From Phoronis australis (lineage: Eukaryota > Animalia > Phoronida), in the NCBI GenBank assembly GCA_002633005.1, contig NMRA01000244.1, forward strand, positions 240,346 through 304,345: a stretch of 64,000 bases of DNA, given 5' to 3'. Every line of letters starts with the position of its first letter. The stretch's first letter is position 1. Of the stretch, positions 46,446-58,124 are shown piece by piece. The notes under the pieces are model-generated. The model saw only the letters and a program-made list of their open reading frames with translations, was not told where the DNA came from and did not search any database. The translations under genes were made by a program, and so were the position numbers.

Positions 46446-46772
46446 TAAATTCTGTTGTATTTGGGTGATTTTGGTGATTACCGTGCAAAACTTAACATGA
46501 TCAGCATTTGACGAGGAATTCAGAAGTGCTATTGGTTTAAGCTCAGATATGTTATAACTTAACTTTCATTTTTATCAGCCCAGCCCAGTCAGGCTAGATA
46601 CGATCTGATCGGAGATTAGAGCAATTATCGAACAAAAGAGCGCAGGCCCTTCAGAATGACAGAATGGAGTTAATCAGTCGTGTAAGATATCGGCTAGGGG
46701 GGTAAACTTCCCAACCTATTGTTCGGATATAGAATCGAACAAGATGGGAGCAACGGGATGTCGCCATTATGT
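46446..46772 (+). repeat. Old dispersed repeat, copy of about 12606-12930
   Basis: Shared blocks as listed for 12606-12930. Confidence 0.75.
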
Positions 46773-49700
46773 CAAATGTCACAATTTCATTTGTCATTTG
46801 AGTAACTGCTTTTTGACCTCCGTAAAAGTTAAGCTAGTAGTAGTACGTCAAATGCATCACATGTTATGTTAACGCTATTTAAAGAATATCACAATAATCA
46901 CACCATGATGATAGTGAAGCGTATTCATTTAGAATGCAGGCACATTACAGTAGTACAGCCTACAGGACAGTCAGAAAACATGCACTCAAAAGTCAAAGCT
47001 ATCGAGATACATACAGCCGGTGGGACAACAGGACCGTGGGAGTATTTTATTCCTTAGGCGATTTTCTTCGTTTCACAAAAAGATTGGTGCTGTTTAACAT
47101 CCATCTGAACACATGATGACTATGGTGTGTAAAAGAGTTAACTTGTTGTGAACTTGAAAACCGGCGAGAGGGTACCGGGGAAGCAACTTTTCGTCTGTCA
47201 GCTGTTTAACTAAAGTGGCAATAACGTAGTTTTAAAAATAATCGATGTAATGTCAATTCTTTGTGTAATAACGAATATTTGGAAGTTTTCTGCCACAATA
47301 ATGAAAACTAATTCTACAAATTCATAGTTTTATTTAATTTTTAAAGATAAATGTGACTAATTAAATACCAGTATATTAATTCAATGTTGAAAAACCTTTC
47401 GCTGCAACTCCAAAGTTATCTGTAGTTTTGTCTCGAGTTTCGACAGCTCTCTGAACAAACGACCTAGCAAGTAAACATTGGTTTATAACAACAAATGTGA
47501 GTCAAGGAATTGGAATGATTCGGTTGTTTTATAGAACTGCTGTCTGATACATCTGTATCCGACAATATTAAGAACAAACTACTCAGAAAATTGATTGTTT
47601 AGGACGTGGATGCGATGGCCGCTAGGCGCTCGACTCGGTCGAATCCGTCACTCCACAAGGCATAGTTCTCAAAAACTACATAATGCAATGAAGGGAATGT
47701 AACTTCTTGCTTTCCTGCTGTACCAAATTGGGACTGAAAGACTGACAAAGACAAAAATAACTATGGCAAGTTTAATTATATATTCATAGTGGACGTCACT
47801 TCAGAGATCGGTTAACACAGCTACGAGCTAGGTCGTTCACAAATAGGGCACACAGTAAGTGGGTGCCCCAGATGGGTGCACCCGTCTCAAAAAGGCATGC
47901 AGATATCTAATGCTGACAAAAATGTCAAGTTTAGAGGCCGCTTTAATGTAGCCCAGCAAGCTATTCCAGCCTCGACTGTTTTAGGAGAGACTAGGAGACA
48001 ATGAGACATGCTAGCTATTGTTGTGACAAGTGACTTATGGGTGTGACAAAAAGTTATCTCTGAATCTCTTAACTGCCAAGAGGCAAATTAGCTTCTTGGT
48101 CGAGAAGTTTGGACTGTTGCCTGATTGCCATTTCAGGCCATTCATTGACTGTTATTTTAACAGTCAATGAATGATCCCAAATAAGATTTTTGGTGAGATC
48201 GTGGTACATTAGGAAAGCATGGAAGTTACACCCTGTCTGTTCTGTCGACGTTTATGTTTGACTTCAAACGCATTAGTTATAATGGTATTAAGTCTTCAAT
48301 TTTGTTGATGGAACGAAGGATTATTCTAAAAAATGTTGACTAAAAGAGTTGGAAGTATTTAAAAACTATATAACTACTTCCAAAGTTGTCCATCTTTGCT
48401 TGAAGGAACAATATTATGGAACTTTGATAAGTTAGTCTGTTTAAAGCATAATTTGCAGAAAATCTTTGGTATAGAGACTTGTTGTGTAATATATTCTATT
48501 TGAAGTACAAAAAAGATTAAGATAAGCTCCTGTGGTTAAGTCCAGAGCCACAAGCAGCTTAATGATGTGCACGACATGAAATGATATAAAAACTGATCTA
48601 GTGTGACCACCAAGCAAGCAAGCCTTGAGTGATTGAAATTAGCATGATTACTAAAATTTCTCTGGCCATTTTCTTAAAAGACACCATAGGCAGACTTGAA
48701 AACTTTGTCCTCAAAAAACCTGTTGATTGATAACAGAGCACTCTTGAGTTTAAGCTCAGGCGTTTCATGTAATGGGCCCAACCAGTGAGGCCTGCACTTC
48801 TGATGTACCGCAAAAGACATCAGACTGCTTTCAATCTTTTTATACACACTTCATGTCGCTAATTACTGAATCGTAGGCGACGACACCTTCTAATTCAGAC
48901 TGTATGTGACGTGCATCTGAAAATGTTCTGCCAGTTACCCTGGCTAAACTATCATGTTACTACCTTTTGAATGTAGTTGGAGTCTTTAAATCCTTCCAAC
49001 TCAAATAATTTCTCTTGCAATCAACATTTTTTGGAACAGTCCTATGTTCCATCAATGAAATTAATTGTTAAGTGAGCCATTCCTTCTATCGTGAGTTAAT
49101 GATGCATATAATTAGCTGATAAGCCAGGCTAATTTCCAGTTAATATCTCATAGCTTGGATTTTTGTTGACATAATTGCTAATGACCAATTTTTGAAAATT
49201 CAAGAAACTACATTTTCTAATTTTTCATCCTCTATTCTGATTTTATGGTTTCCATGGTTTTCATGACCCAAAAAGAAAATAGAAAAATAGAGCATGGATG
49301 CTTTTCAGCTCTTCTGTTGAGATGTGGTCTGATAAGAGACAGTAACTGCCCTCACTGTGTGACCTGGTGAATAGTGGCTGTGTTGGTGACTTGCCCCTAG
49401 GGAGACTGGAGTATGATTAGAACAGGTCACGGTCGGGACTGACCCCATTGTCATGTATCAGATTACACCATGTGCTTTACTGTTTGTTTATCACATGACA
49501 GCCATGTGGCATATGACCCCATGACCTTAGATTGTCCTTATAATGACTCTCACTGCTAGATGCTAGTTAGTTAACCATTGGACTTGAATGTCGTACGTGC
49601 TTTGATACAGTTCTTATATCTAATACATTATATATGATTGAATTCATATGTGGTTACTCACAATATTACATAGTCACACGACATTGAAGAAATTCAAGAG

Positions 49701-50014
49701 ATTTCACCAAATCAATCCTTATCTGGTTCAAAGTGCATGTTTCCAGCATGGCATTTAGCTGTTTATTAATACTACACATTCTTTTACAGGTTTGTAGACA
49801 TCCATTGAATGCCAACAGAGGAGTAGACATTAAGTAGATAAACACATTTGAGACCAAGAGATTTATTTGCACGTCTTGTTCTCAACATCTGAAATGTTTA
49901 GCTAGTCTCCTGCACCTAACAATATCTAAATTCAGTTAATGTCAAGCTATGAATTGGGGTCACCCCAAAAACCTAGAAAGTGGATATCAATAATTAGAGT
50001 GGCACCTGGTGGGC

Positions 50015-53000
50015 ATGATGGAGACCAGCACAAGTGGGCTTCATGGATTTGGAGTGATTATACACAACAGTAGCACGACGACCCCTGACCCCAGTGAGAG
50101 CCATGTGGTGCCTGTTGGGCATATACTTCTTTATATCTTTATTCCACTTGGATGTCTGGTGTTGATTGCTGTGCTGGCCCTGGTGGTAAGTAGGATATAA
50201 CTGTGTCGGAGACCCTGTTGATAATAATAAGGTCAAAGTTCACCAACGCTGTGGACCAAGCTGTAATAGGTGCATTCAGGCAGTCACATGAAATCTCATC
50301 CCACTGCCACCATGGATGTGAATGGAATTTTGTTCTCATTTCATTTGGTTATCCAAAACTGGGTCCTCTCTAACTGACCACTACATTGTGAATGTTGATT
50401 CTTATGTTTGTATGATCAGACATGGGTTTCATTGTCCTAAATTCTTGCAAAAAAGCAAGAACTTGCAATGCAAGACTTAGCGAGATATTGCCATGTACTG
50501 CAAGCTGAAACCATGTAATCACTTTACCAAGATTCTTGCATTTACGGAACTTTACTCTGATAAATTGTTAAGTACAACTAAATGTTCAAATTTCCTTATA
50601 ATGCAACTAGGAAAATGAGAAAGGCAGTTGGAGGAATTTGCTGAAAACTCGCTTACTAATTTAGAGACCTGTTGTATTTACGCTGAACTCGGACACAGTT
50701 TCATGATAGGGTTGTTCTGTTATGACGTCTGCTTTTTGACTTGATAGGATACAATTTCTCGGTTTGTTCGGATCGGCCTTATACAAGTTTTTCTGTTGAA
50801 TTCTTGACACTCAATGAATTAATCACAAGGCAAACTGTGTATAAAAAATATGCTATAATTACCTTACCACAGCATTGCTGTTGCTATTTGCTGCCTCTGC
50901 ATGTCATCTATGTGTCATCTATGTGTCATCATTTCTGTCGTGTTGTGTCTGCGTTCAGGGTTGCTCAGCACTGTAAGACTGTTTGTAGTGAAGTTTTGTA
51001 AGTGAATTGTACTCAGTCTGTGTGGTGTCTATTAGTTAACCAGTTGTTCACGAGCCATTTTTTCTCAAAATTTGAGCTTTAGCTTCATATTCATACCTTT
51101 TAGTTTAAATTTGAAGTTGTATTTTTATTTTACCAGCTTTAGTTTGTGTACCATAATATTTTTATTGTAAATCGTTTCAGGTTTTATGCATCATAAAGAA
51201 AAACAGGTAGGTTAAGTCATTTTGTGTAGGTCTTTGTGTCAATACTGGGAGTATAGAGTGGTGAAAGGGTGTGGAAACAACACTGGGACTGGACCTATGA
51301 TTCCATGGGCTAGACTCTGGAATCAATACAACTGGAAAACTGTTTCTTCATCCTGCCTTTACGTCTCATTCTGTTTTACCATTCTTGAGACTTAGAGTTA
51401 CAATTGTATGTTAGACAAACAGCATCATAACCTGGTGCCTGTGCATTGTGCCTGCGTGAAAAAATTTGAGCGGGCCGCTACGCTCCTTTTTGGCCCCACC
51501 ACTCGTAAAGCTTGCTCAATTTGACCACCACTGACACATCCAATTCTGACACCAGGAAAACATAACCACTATGCAAAAATTCCCAGTAAAAATGAATAGG
51601 TAATACAACTTACATGGCTACTGTCAATGTTTGTGGACAAACGGGAAAGTAATAATTTTAAATCAATCATTTTGAACATTTTTATTATCCCCTTGTGTTC
51701 GCTAAGTGCCTTGATCTGCATTCAGCACTGCCTGGTTATCCAGCAATGCACAGCAATTGAATATAGTTAGTAACCAGGCAACTGCCTTGACATTAGTTTT
51801 CTAAAATGGCAAAGCGCCAATGAACATTAATGAAATGGTTGGAAAAACTATAAATTTTATTCATTTTATTGGGTTGAATCCTGTTTGCAAAATAGGTCGA
51901 ACAACAATGTGAATTATATTGTATGAAATAGTCAATAGTCAATAGTTAAATGAACCATCAACCAGTATAATTATCTCAGTAGTCATCTGCATGGAATCAA
52001 TGAATAAATCATCAGGTACACCAGCTAACGTCGATCCAACTGATTTACGTTGAGCATGAATATAATACATCAATATTAAGGAAAGTTGTTTCATTATACG
52101 AGTTAAGTAATCAGGCTAAACAGACTGTTCTATGTTCTAGAACTGGAGCATTCAACTTAAACGAGTTGTCTTAAGCCCTGTCCTAATGCAATTTTAATTG
52201 ACACGTTAAAAGATTCAAAACTTCATTCACAAAGATCACACTGTGACACTTCCTTGTGTTGCAGCAGCCAGGGATCCACGTCTGCTTTGACCATCCATTA
52301 CCATGGTCCTTTCGAAGCCCACACAATGGGGGGGGGGGTTCTCTCTTCTTATGCTGCGCCAACGGACTTTGCATCCCTGTGGGACCATTCAACCACACTC
52401 CTTTCGAAACCCATATATGAACTAACCATTGCAGGTTATACAAGCTGTGTCATAACTTTATACCTGTTTGCACTTATTATGAACTAAACTATGCAGGTTA
52501 AACAACCTATGTCATAACCTAATGCCTGTGTACACATGTGAACTAACCATTGTAGGTTAGACAAGCTGCATCTTAGCCTTTTGCCTATGTACACATAACT
52601 ATGAACTAACCAGTAGGTTAGACAATCTGTGTCATAACTTAATGCCTGTGTATACATATGAACTATTGTAGGTTAGACAAGCTACGTCATAACCTAATGC
52701 CTGTGTACACGTATGAAGCAGGTGAGGATGATGAGGACCAGGAGTGGGAGTCTGAACTACTGGAGGACCAGATGCAACATCTACCATTCACTAATACTAG
52801 GGTAGGTTACAGATTGACTGTGTTAAGAAGTGTTGTTATGAAGCTGAAGATGGCGCTGTACTCACCATTCTCCTCAGGATAACTTCTACAGTACAACATG
52901 TTTGACTATAACCGACAGAATATGTCAATTTCAGGACTAGTTTGATGAGCGGAGTTTTGTTCCATTACTATTAAAGATTATTTGTTGTTTAGGTTCACAT

Positions 53001-53863
53001 ACATTTAATATGTGAACACCTCATAGATCAAGTTAAGATACAGCGCTTCTGTCTGACACTATATATAGTTGATTCAGACTGCTTGCCATTAAGGAACTGG
53101 TCTCAACATGATTCTGAGATTGGGATGAACTTGCAGTTTGTTCCTGCTGGAGACCGGGATCAATAAATTCACTCTTGAATCTAGCGCATTTGATCAGCAG
53201 TACTGCTTTCAAAGCAAACATAACTTGATGTGTCAAGTCAATTTATGGAGCCAGGTAACCACAGCAACAAGCTGTTGGTTTTTCTCAAGCCCAGAGATCA
53301 CGTCTATTCTGAGTGAGGTTTTGTTTTGTAATGACCAGTAGTCTAACTCTAAACGGTAAGCATTCTCCAGTTTGGGACAGTCTCTGAAATTCGGGACAAT
53401 GAAATTCCAGATGAAATTGGATTTTCTTCATTCTGGAAATTGGGAGTTTTATATCAACAGAATCTGAAAAGTAAACTTGCCAGTTCGTAAAATCGTTAAA
53501 AATAGTCACCGCTGCAGTGCTTTCATGCATCCCAGTAGTGTGTGACATCAACGTGAATGATTGTTGATGATGGTAATTCTTGAAATTAGGACAGCTAATA
53601 CCTATTTCTAAAACTTTGTGCAAGCTCTGACCTTGAGCAAAATAAATAATTTTTCACCGTCCCAAGCTGGAGAGTTTTTACCATAGTTTTGTCTGATAAA
53701 AGGTACTACATCTTATTTTAAGCTTTAGTCTTTCAGGTCAGAACGTGGAACAGTACACTTCAGACACATGGTCACATTACGAAGACTGACGTTTCTACTT
53801 CGTTTTCAGAGTCCTATTGTTCAAAATCGACCTAAGTTGGAATTCGACAGTGAAAGAGTGTAG
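50015..53863 (+). CDS. SMIM29: Small integral membrane protein 29 (C6orf1-like), 4 coding exons
   Basis: Exons: 50015-50185 (N-terminal NSS sequon; TM start ILLYIFIPLGCLVLIAVLALV), 51181-51206 (VLCIIKKNR), 52672-52801 (LDKLRHNLMPVYTYEAGE...WESELL), 53810-53863 (stop). Matches the SMIM29 signature [20 protein letters not shown].E...EQELL. Confidence 0.85.
52410..52716 (+). repeat. About 55-62-bp tandem repeat (5 units) spanning the SMIM29 intron 2/exon 3 boundary
   Basis: Each unit reads atgaacta(ac)...YAG|GTTA.ACAA.CT..GTCATAAC.TAATGCCTGTGTACAC; AG ends at 52434, 52496, 52555, 52616 and 52671. Confidence 0.85.
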
Positions 53864-54162
53864 ACACGTAGAGGTCAAGATGTCCTAAGAATTTGAAGCC
53901 AGAACAAAGATTCACCCACAATCCTTCATAACTTGTATACTGTCTGTTATAGTGGTGAGTTGGCCATGTGTGCCTGCAGGCTCTACTATTGTCATGTAAA
54001 GTGTTATTTTTATTTGAAAGAGACTTGTATGTGTTCAGTCTTGTTTACAGTTTGAATATAGACAAATTTCTTATAGACTGGTCTTACAGTATATGTTCTG
54101 TGAGATCTGATATGATGTGATGTCACTGAATAATTTGCAGTGATTACAAGGGTCAACTACTA

Positions 54163-54508
54163 AACTTTGTATGTGCGTATTTATGCGCATATGCCGAAAT
54201 AGTGCATTTTTCAAAGAAAATTTTGAACGTTTCCAGTGAAACCAGTTAAAATGCCAGCAGTTTTCAATTGAAAAACAAACTAAGTGACTAAATACACGTC
54301 TTGCCTAATTGTGTGAGCCTATATCATTTGCACGATTCTTCAGTACATTCCATGAGCCAAACAGCTGAGAATATGTAGAGTATATCCAGATCATCCCTTT
54401 CAAGCATGGTCTTACACAAACGTTTGCATATAGGCACATCTGCCTAATTCCAGATATAGGGCGCAACTTTGAATTTTAGGCATGTGAGCCTAAATATGCA
54501 CATATAAG
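54163..54508. mobile_element. Old MITE with diverged TIRs, probably in the SMIM29 3' UTR
   Basis: ctttgtatgtgcgtatttatgcgcatatgcc ... ggcatgtgagcctaaatatgcacatataagg. Confidence 0.5.
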
Positions 54509-56495
54509 GTAGTTAGGACATGGTTTTTACCCAGGATGCCTTTTCGGAAATCTCTGGACTTGTGTAACGTTGATTTGACTGTTACTTTATTTGACTACAT
54601 ATCATTTAGTTTTGCCTAAAAGCTTGTAGTATAATCTGCTCTGCCTGTTATAGAGTTCTATCCTGCCTCATGTGTTCATATTAGAATGCGTGATATTTTA
54701 CCTCCATTATGGTGAAGTGTATTCCTGCCTGTTGACAAGTTTCAGTTCAAAATTGTAATGGTATACTAGTACAGTGGAACCTCGTTATAACAGACATGTA
54801 CATCAAGGAACCTTTGGAATCTGTTATATAATTTATTGTAAGCAGGGTAGACTTGCATACTTTTGAGGGGACTTGAAAGTTTGTAGTTTATGTCGCTTGT
54901 TCTAAACTAGGTGCATTGTAATGAGGTTTGATCGTCGCGGAATGTGGTTTTGGTTGGCGAAGAGGAGTAGGAGTTTTGTCTGTTTTAGATTTCCATTCTT
55001 CTACGGCTTGATATATTTTTGAGGTGTGCGTCCATTTCTCCTCAGTGGTGTGTCCTCACACTGTATTTATGAATAGTGCAAGCTTCAGGCGTTATTTATT
55101 TTTATTGATATACCATATTTATATATTCCAAATGCTTATATCGCAGTGTCATGTGATGTGCTACTTAATATGTTTATGGCTGATGCAACAGTGAGTATAA
55201 TGTATCAATAGCTTGGGTGTGCCCCTGTTCACATGGTCAAGTATGTACCGCAACTGTGGTATTGGTGAATCCTGTGTTTGTAAATGATCCTGCAGTATAA
55301 TTTACTAACACTTCGGCATGCCTGTGTTCACATGGTCCGGTATTTACTGGAACTGTGACATTTATGAATCCCGTGTTTGTTAGTGATGATACAGTATAAT
55401 TTATCAATTGGTATACCCGTGTTCACATGGTCGTGCATTTACTGGAACTGTCACATTTATGAATTGTGTGTTTGTAAATCATACAACAGTGTGATCTACC
55501 AATACCTTGATATGCTTGTGTTCACGTGGTCTAGTATTTCCTAGAGTAGCGACTTTTATGTACCCTAGTATAGCGCTTCCTGCATTTTGATTGCTGCATT
55601 TCTTAATCCATATTAATTTGTCCCTTAAACTCTTTGTCCAAGAGCTGCTGAGTTTACATCTGACAGTAAAACCTTTCCATCTATATTTCAGTCAAACCGT
55701 TTCATGTTAATGAATCCATCCGGAAATTTTCTATAACATAGTTGTTAACCACAGGTTGGTGTGATTAAATCAACACAACGTGTGCACGTCACTGTTGGCT
55801 TGGGAAGTGTAAAGTCACCCCAAGTAACTGTTAATTGTACAGGTTTGTTGTATTGCATGTAGACAATGCTAATGCATGGTCACAGATTACATGTAGTACT
55901 TCAGAGAAAAAGAAGCTTGAGACTTCTAATGAAGATTCAGTATTTTCTGCAAAATGTTTAGAACCGAGTTCCTGCTGTGAAGATTGTTTTTTATTGACTT
56001 GCCTGGTGTTATATTGAGAAGACATGTAGCTGTGAGTTTAAATTTAATAGAATCTCTCCATCAGTTGATCTAGTTGTTATTGCCGTTTCGTGAGTCTTGG
56101 CTGTAAAGTGGCAATTAATTGTGCGTAGCTGATAGTCTCACTGTACCTGTCATAGCACGTGTGTACGCAAGGTAGTCTGTTGTTTCTTTCATAAACTAAA
56201 ATGATTACTTCCAAACAAGCTGCCATAAATGACTGCTTTTGCCACAGATAAAGCTGTATACCTTCCTGTCCAGTGTCCTCCAAATTTTTGACAATTTTAT
56301 TACTTACAAATAAGTTTCATACCATTGGCTAGTTAACAATTTGCGACGCATATCTGACAAAACTTTATTTGGCAAGTGTTGAAGTAATTTACTACACGTC
56401 ATGCTGCTAATGACGACAGGTCAAGGTCATGACCTTGGTTCTACGCGTTACTTCATGGCAGCAGCGTAAACTGTGATTTGTAACAAAAATTATTT

Positions 56496-56597
56496 TGAAT
56501 ATTTATTAAAAATGAATATTTATTAAAAATGAATATTTATTAAAAATGAATATTTATTAAAAATGAATATTTATTAAAAATGAATATTTATTAAAAA
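56496..56597. repeat. 6 x 17-bp perfect tandem repeat containing poly(A)-signal hexamers on both strands
   Basis: tgaatatttattaaaaa x6; ATTAAA on +, AATAAA on -. Confidence 0.9.
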
Positions 56598-58124
56598 GCG
56601 ATTTGGGATATTTTATAAACTTCAATCCTGTTAGAAGTTTTCAATGAAGCATTTCTTGGTTTGAGAGTGAGTTCCAAAGAACGTTGGATGATGTTTGAAT
56701 GAACAATGTCAGGTTGTTCTATACAAAATTGGTGAAAGTAGTGTTTTAACCCTAAAAATACAAACAAAAACCAACTAAAATTGTATTTTATATTAATATA
56801 TAATATATAGACAAAAGTTCAAATATTCACAAAAAGAGGCGTCTATGAACCTCCAGCCAGATTGGAATGATGGACAACACGTCTCACAATCTGGTGCAAA
56901 GTGCAAATCTTCAAATGCTGTCTCTTAACGTGGTTAATTCAATTTACAAAAAATCTAGAACAGAACCCAAGATTATCCAGAAAACATAGCTAATTGTGTA
57001 GTGTCCTTGGCAGACCACAATTCAGCAAACACAAACTAACCCTTGTTCTACTGTCAAACTCAACTTCCACGAAACCAGTACATAGCCAATAAATACGAGA
57101 TTATAAAAATCGAGCGAATGAATTGCTAAAATCTACAACATTTGGAGAGAATTATAAATTATCTGTCAGGAATTCATTCTTTTGACGAAAATGGCTTAGT
57201 CTAAAAATTACGGAGACGTAAAACACATTTCACAAATGAAGACGAAGTCTAACCTACTACAACTAGAACCACACAAAAGCAGTTCAACTGGCATTTTATA
57301 CAAAAATCAGTTCATAGTTCAAAAATAAACATCTGCAATGGTGATCATCCACGAATTGAGTTGGCTGAACAGTCTGCCAACTAACACACCTACAACCCAC
57401 GGTTATCACCATGGATACAGTTGTCACTATTGGCAACTTACAATAAACCAGACGAACAGTTTCAGTGCCAACTTTGAGTAGGTAATCAATGATAAAAAAC
57501 AAATTTATGTACAAAATCTACAAATTTCGTCCACACCCACTTCATAGAACCATTACTAGCCAATTTCGACACTAATCTGTCCTCGAAACAAGAACAAGTA
57601 GTTCTTACACAACATATTTCCTGAACAAAATAAATGGATCAAGACAGACAGATTGCCAACAGGTATTATATACAGTGATTTGGACCTAATTTGAATGCAA
57701 GGTACTTGGTTATCTGGCAAGTTGTCACAATTGTACAGTAAAGATAAAATGGCTGGATTCTTTTGTGTGTTCCAGAAAGCTTTTCCAACAGGCGCACACA
57801 GATGATAGCTTACAGGCACAGCAATTTCGTTCTGTAATCATCATTTACCAAGGCAGCACTTGGATAGGTTCAGCCTGTGGCCTTAAATGGCAACTTAGCA
57901 CATCTTTGCAAACCAATTTGCAATGAAATTTACTTAATTAATAGGGGACAAACTAGAAACGAACTCTGATTTTGGAAGACAGACGAGGCCAATCAACTGT
58001 TTTCAATTACACTGACGATATTTGCTCAATTCTTCAAAACTTTATTTGCACAACATGGAAACCTTCCAAGAAAGTATCCCTTTGAGTTGATCGGTGGTCT
58101 TCAAGATGTTGGCTGAATGCAAAC

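Noticed and set aside
46050-46448. 132-aa ORF between HEMK1 and SMIM29
   Set aside because: Built partly from a roughly 58-bp direct duplication beside a dispersed repeat; no recognisable domain or splice context.
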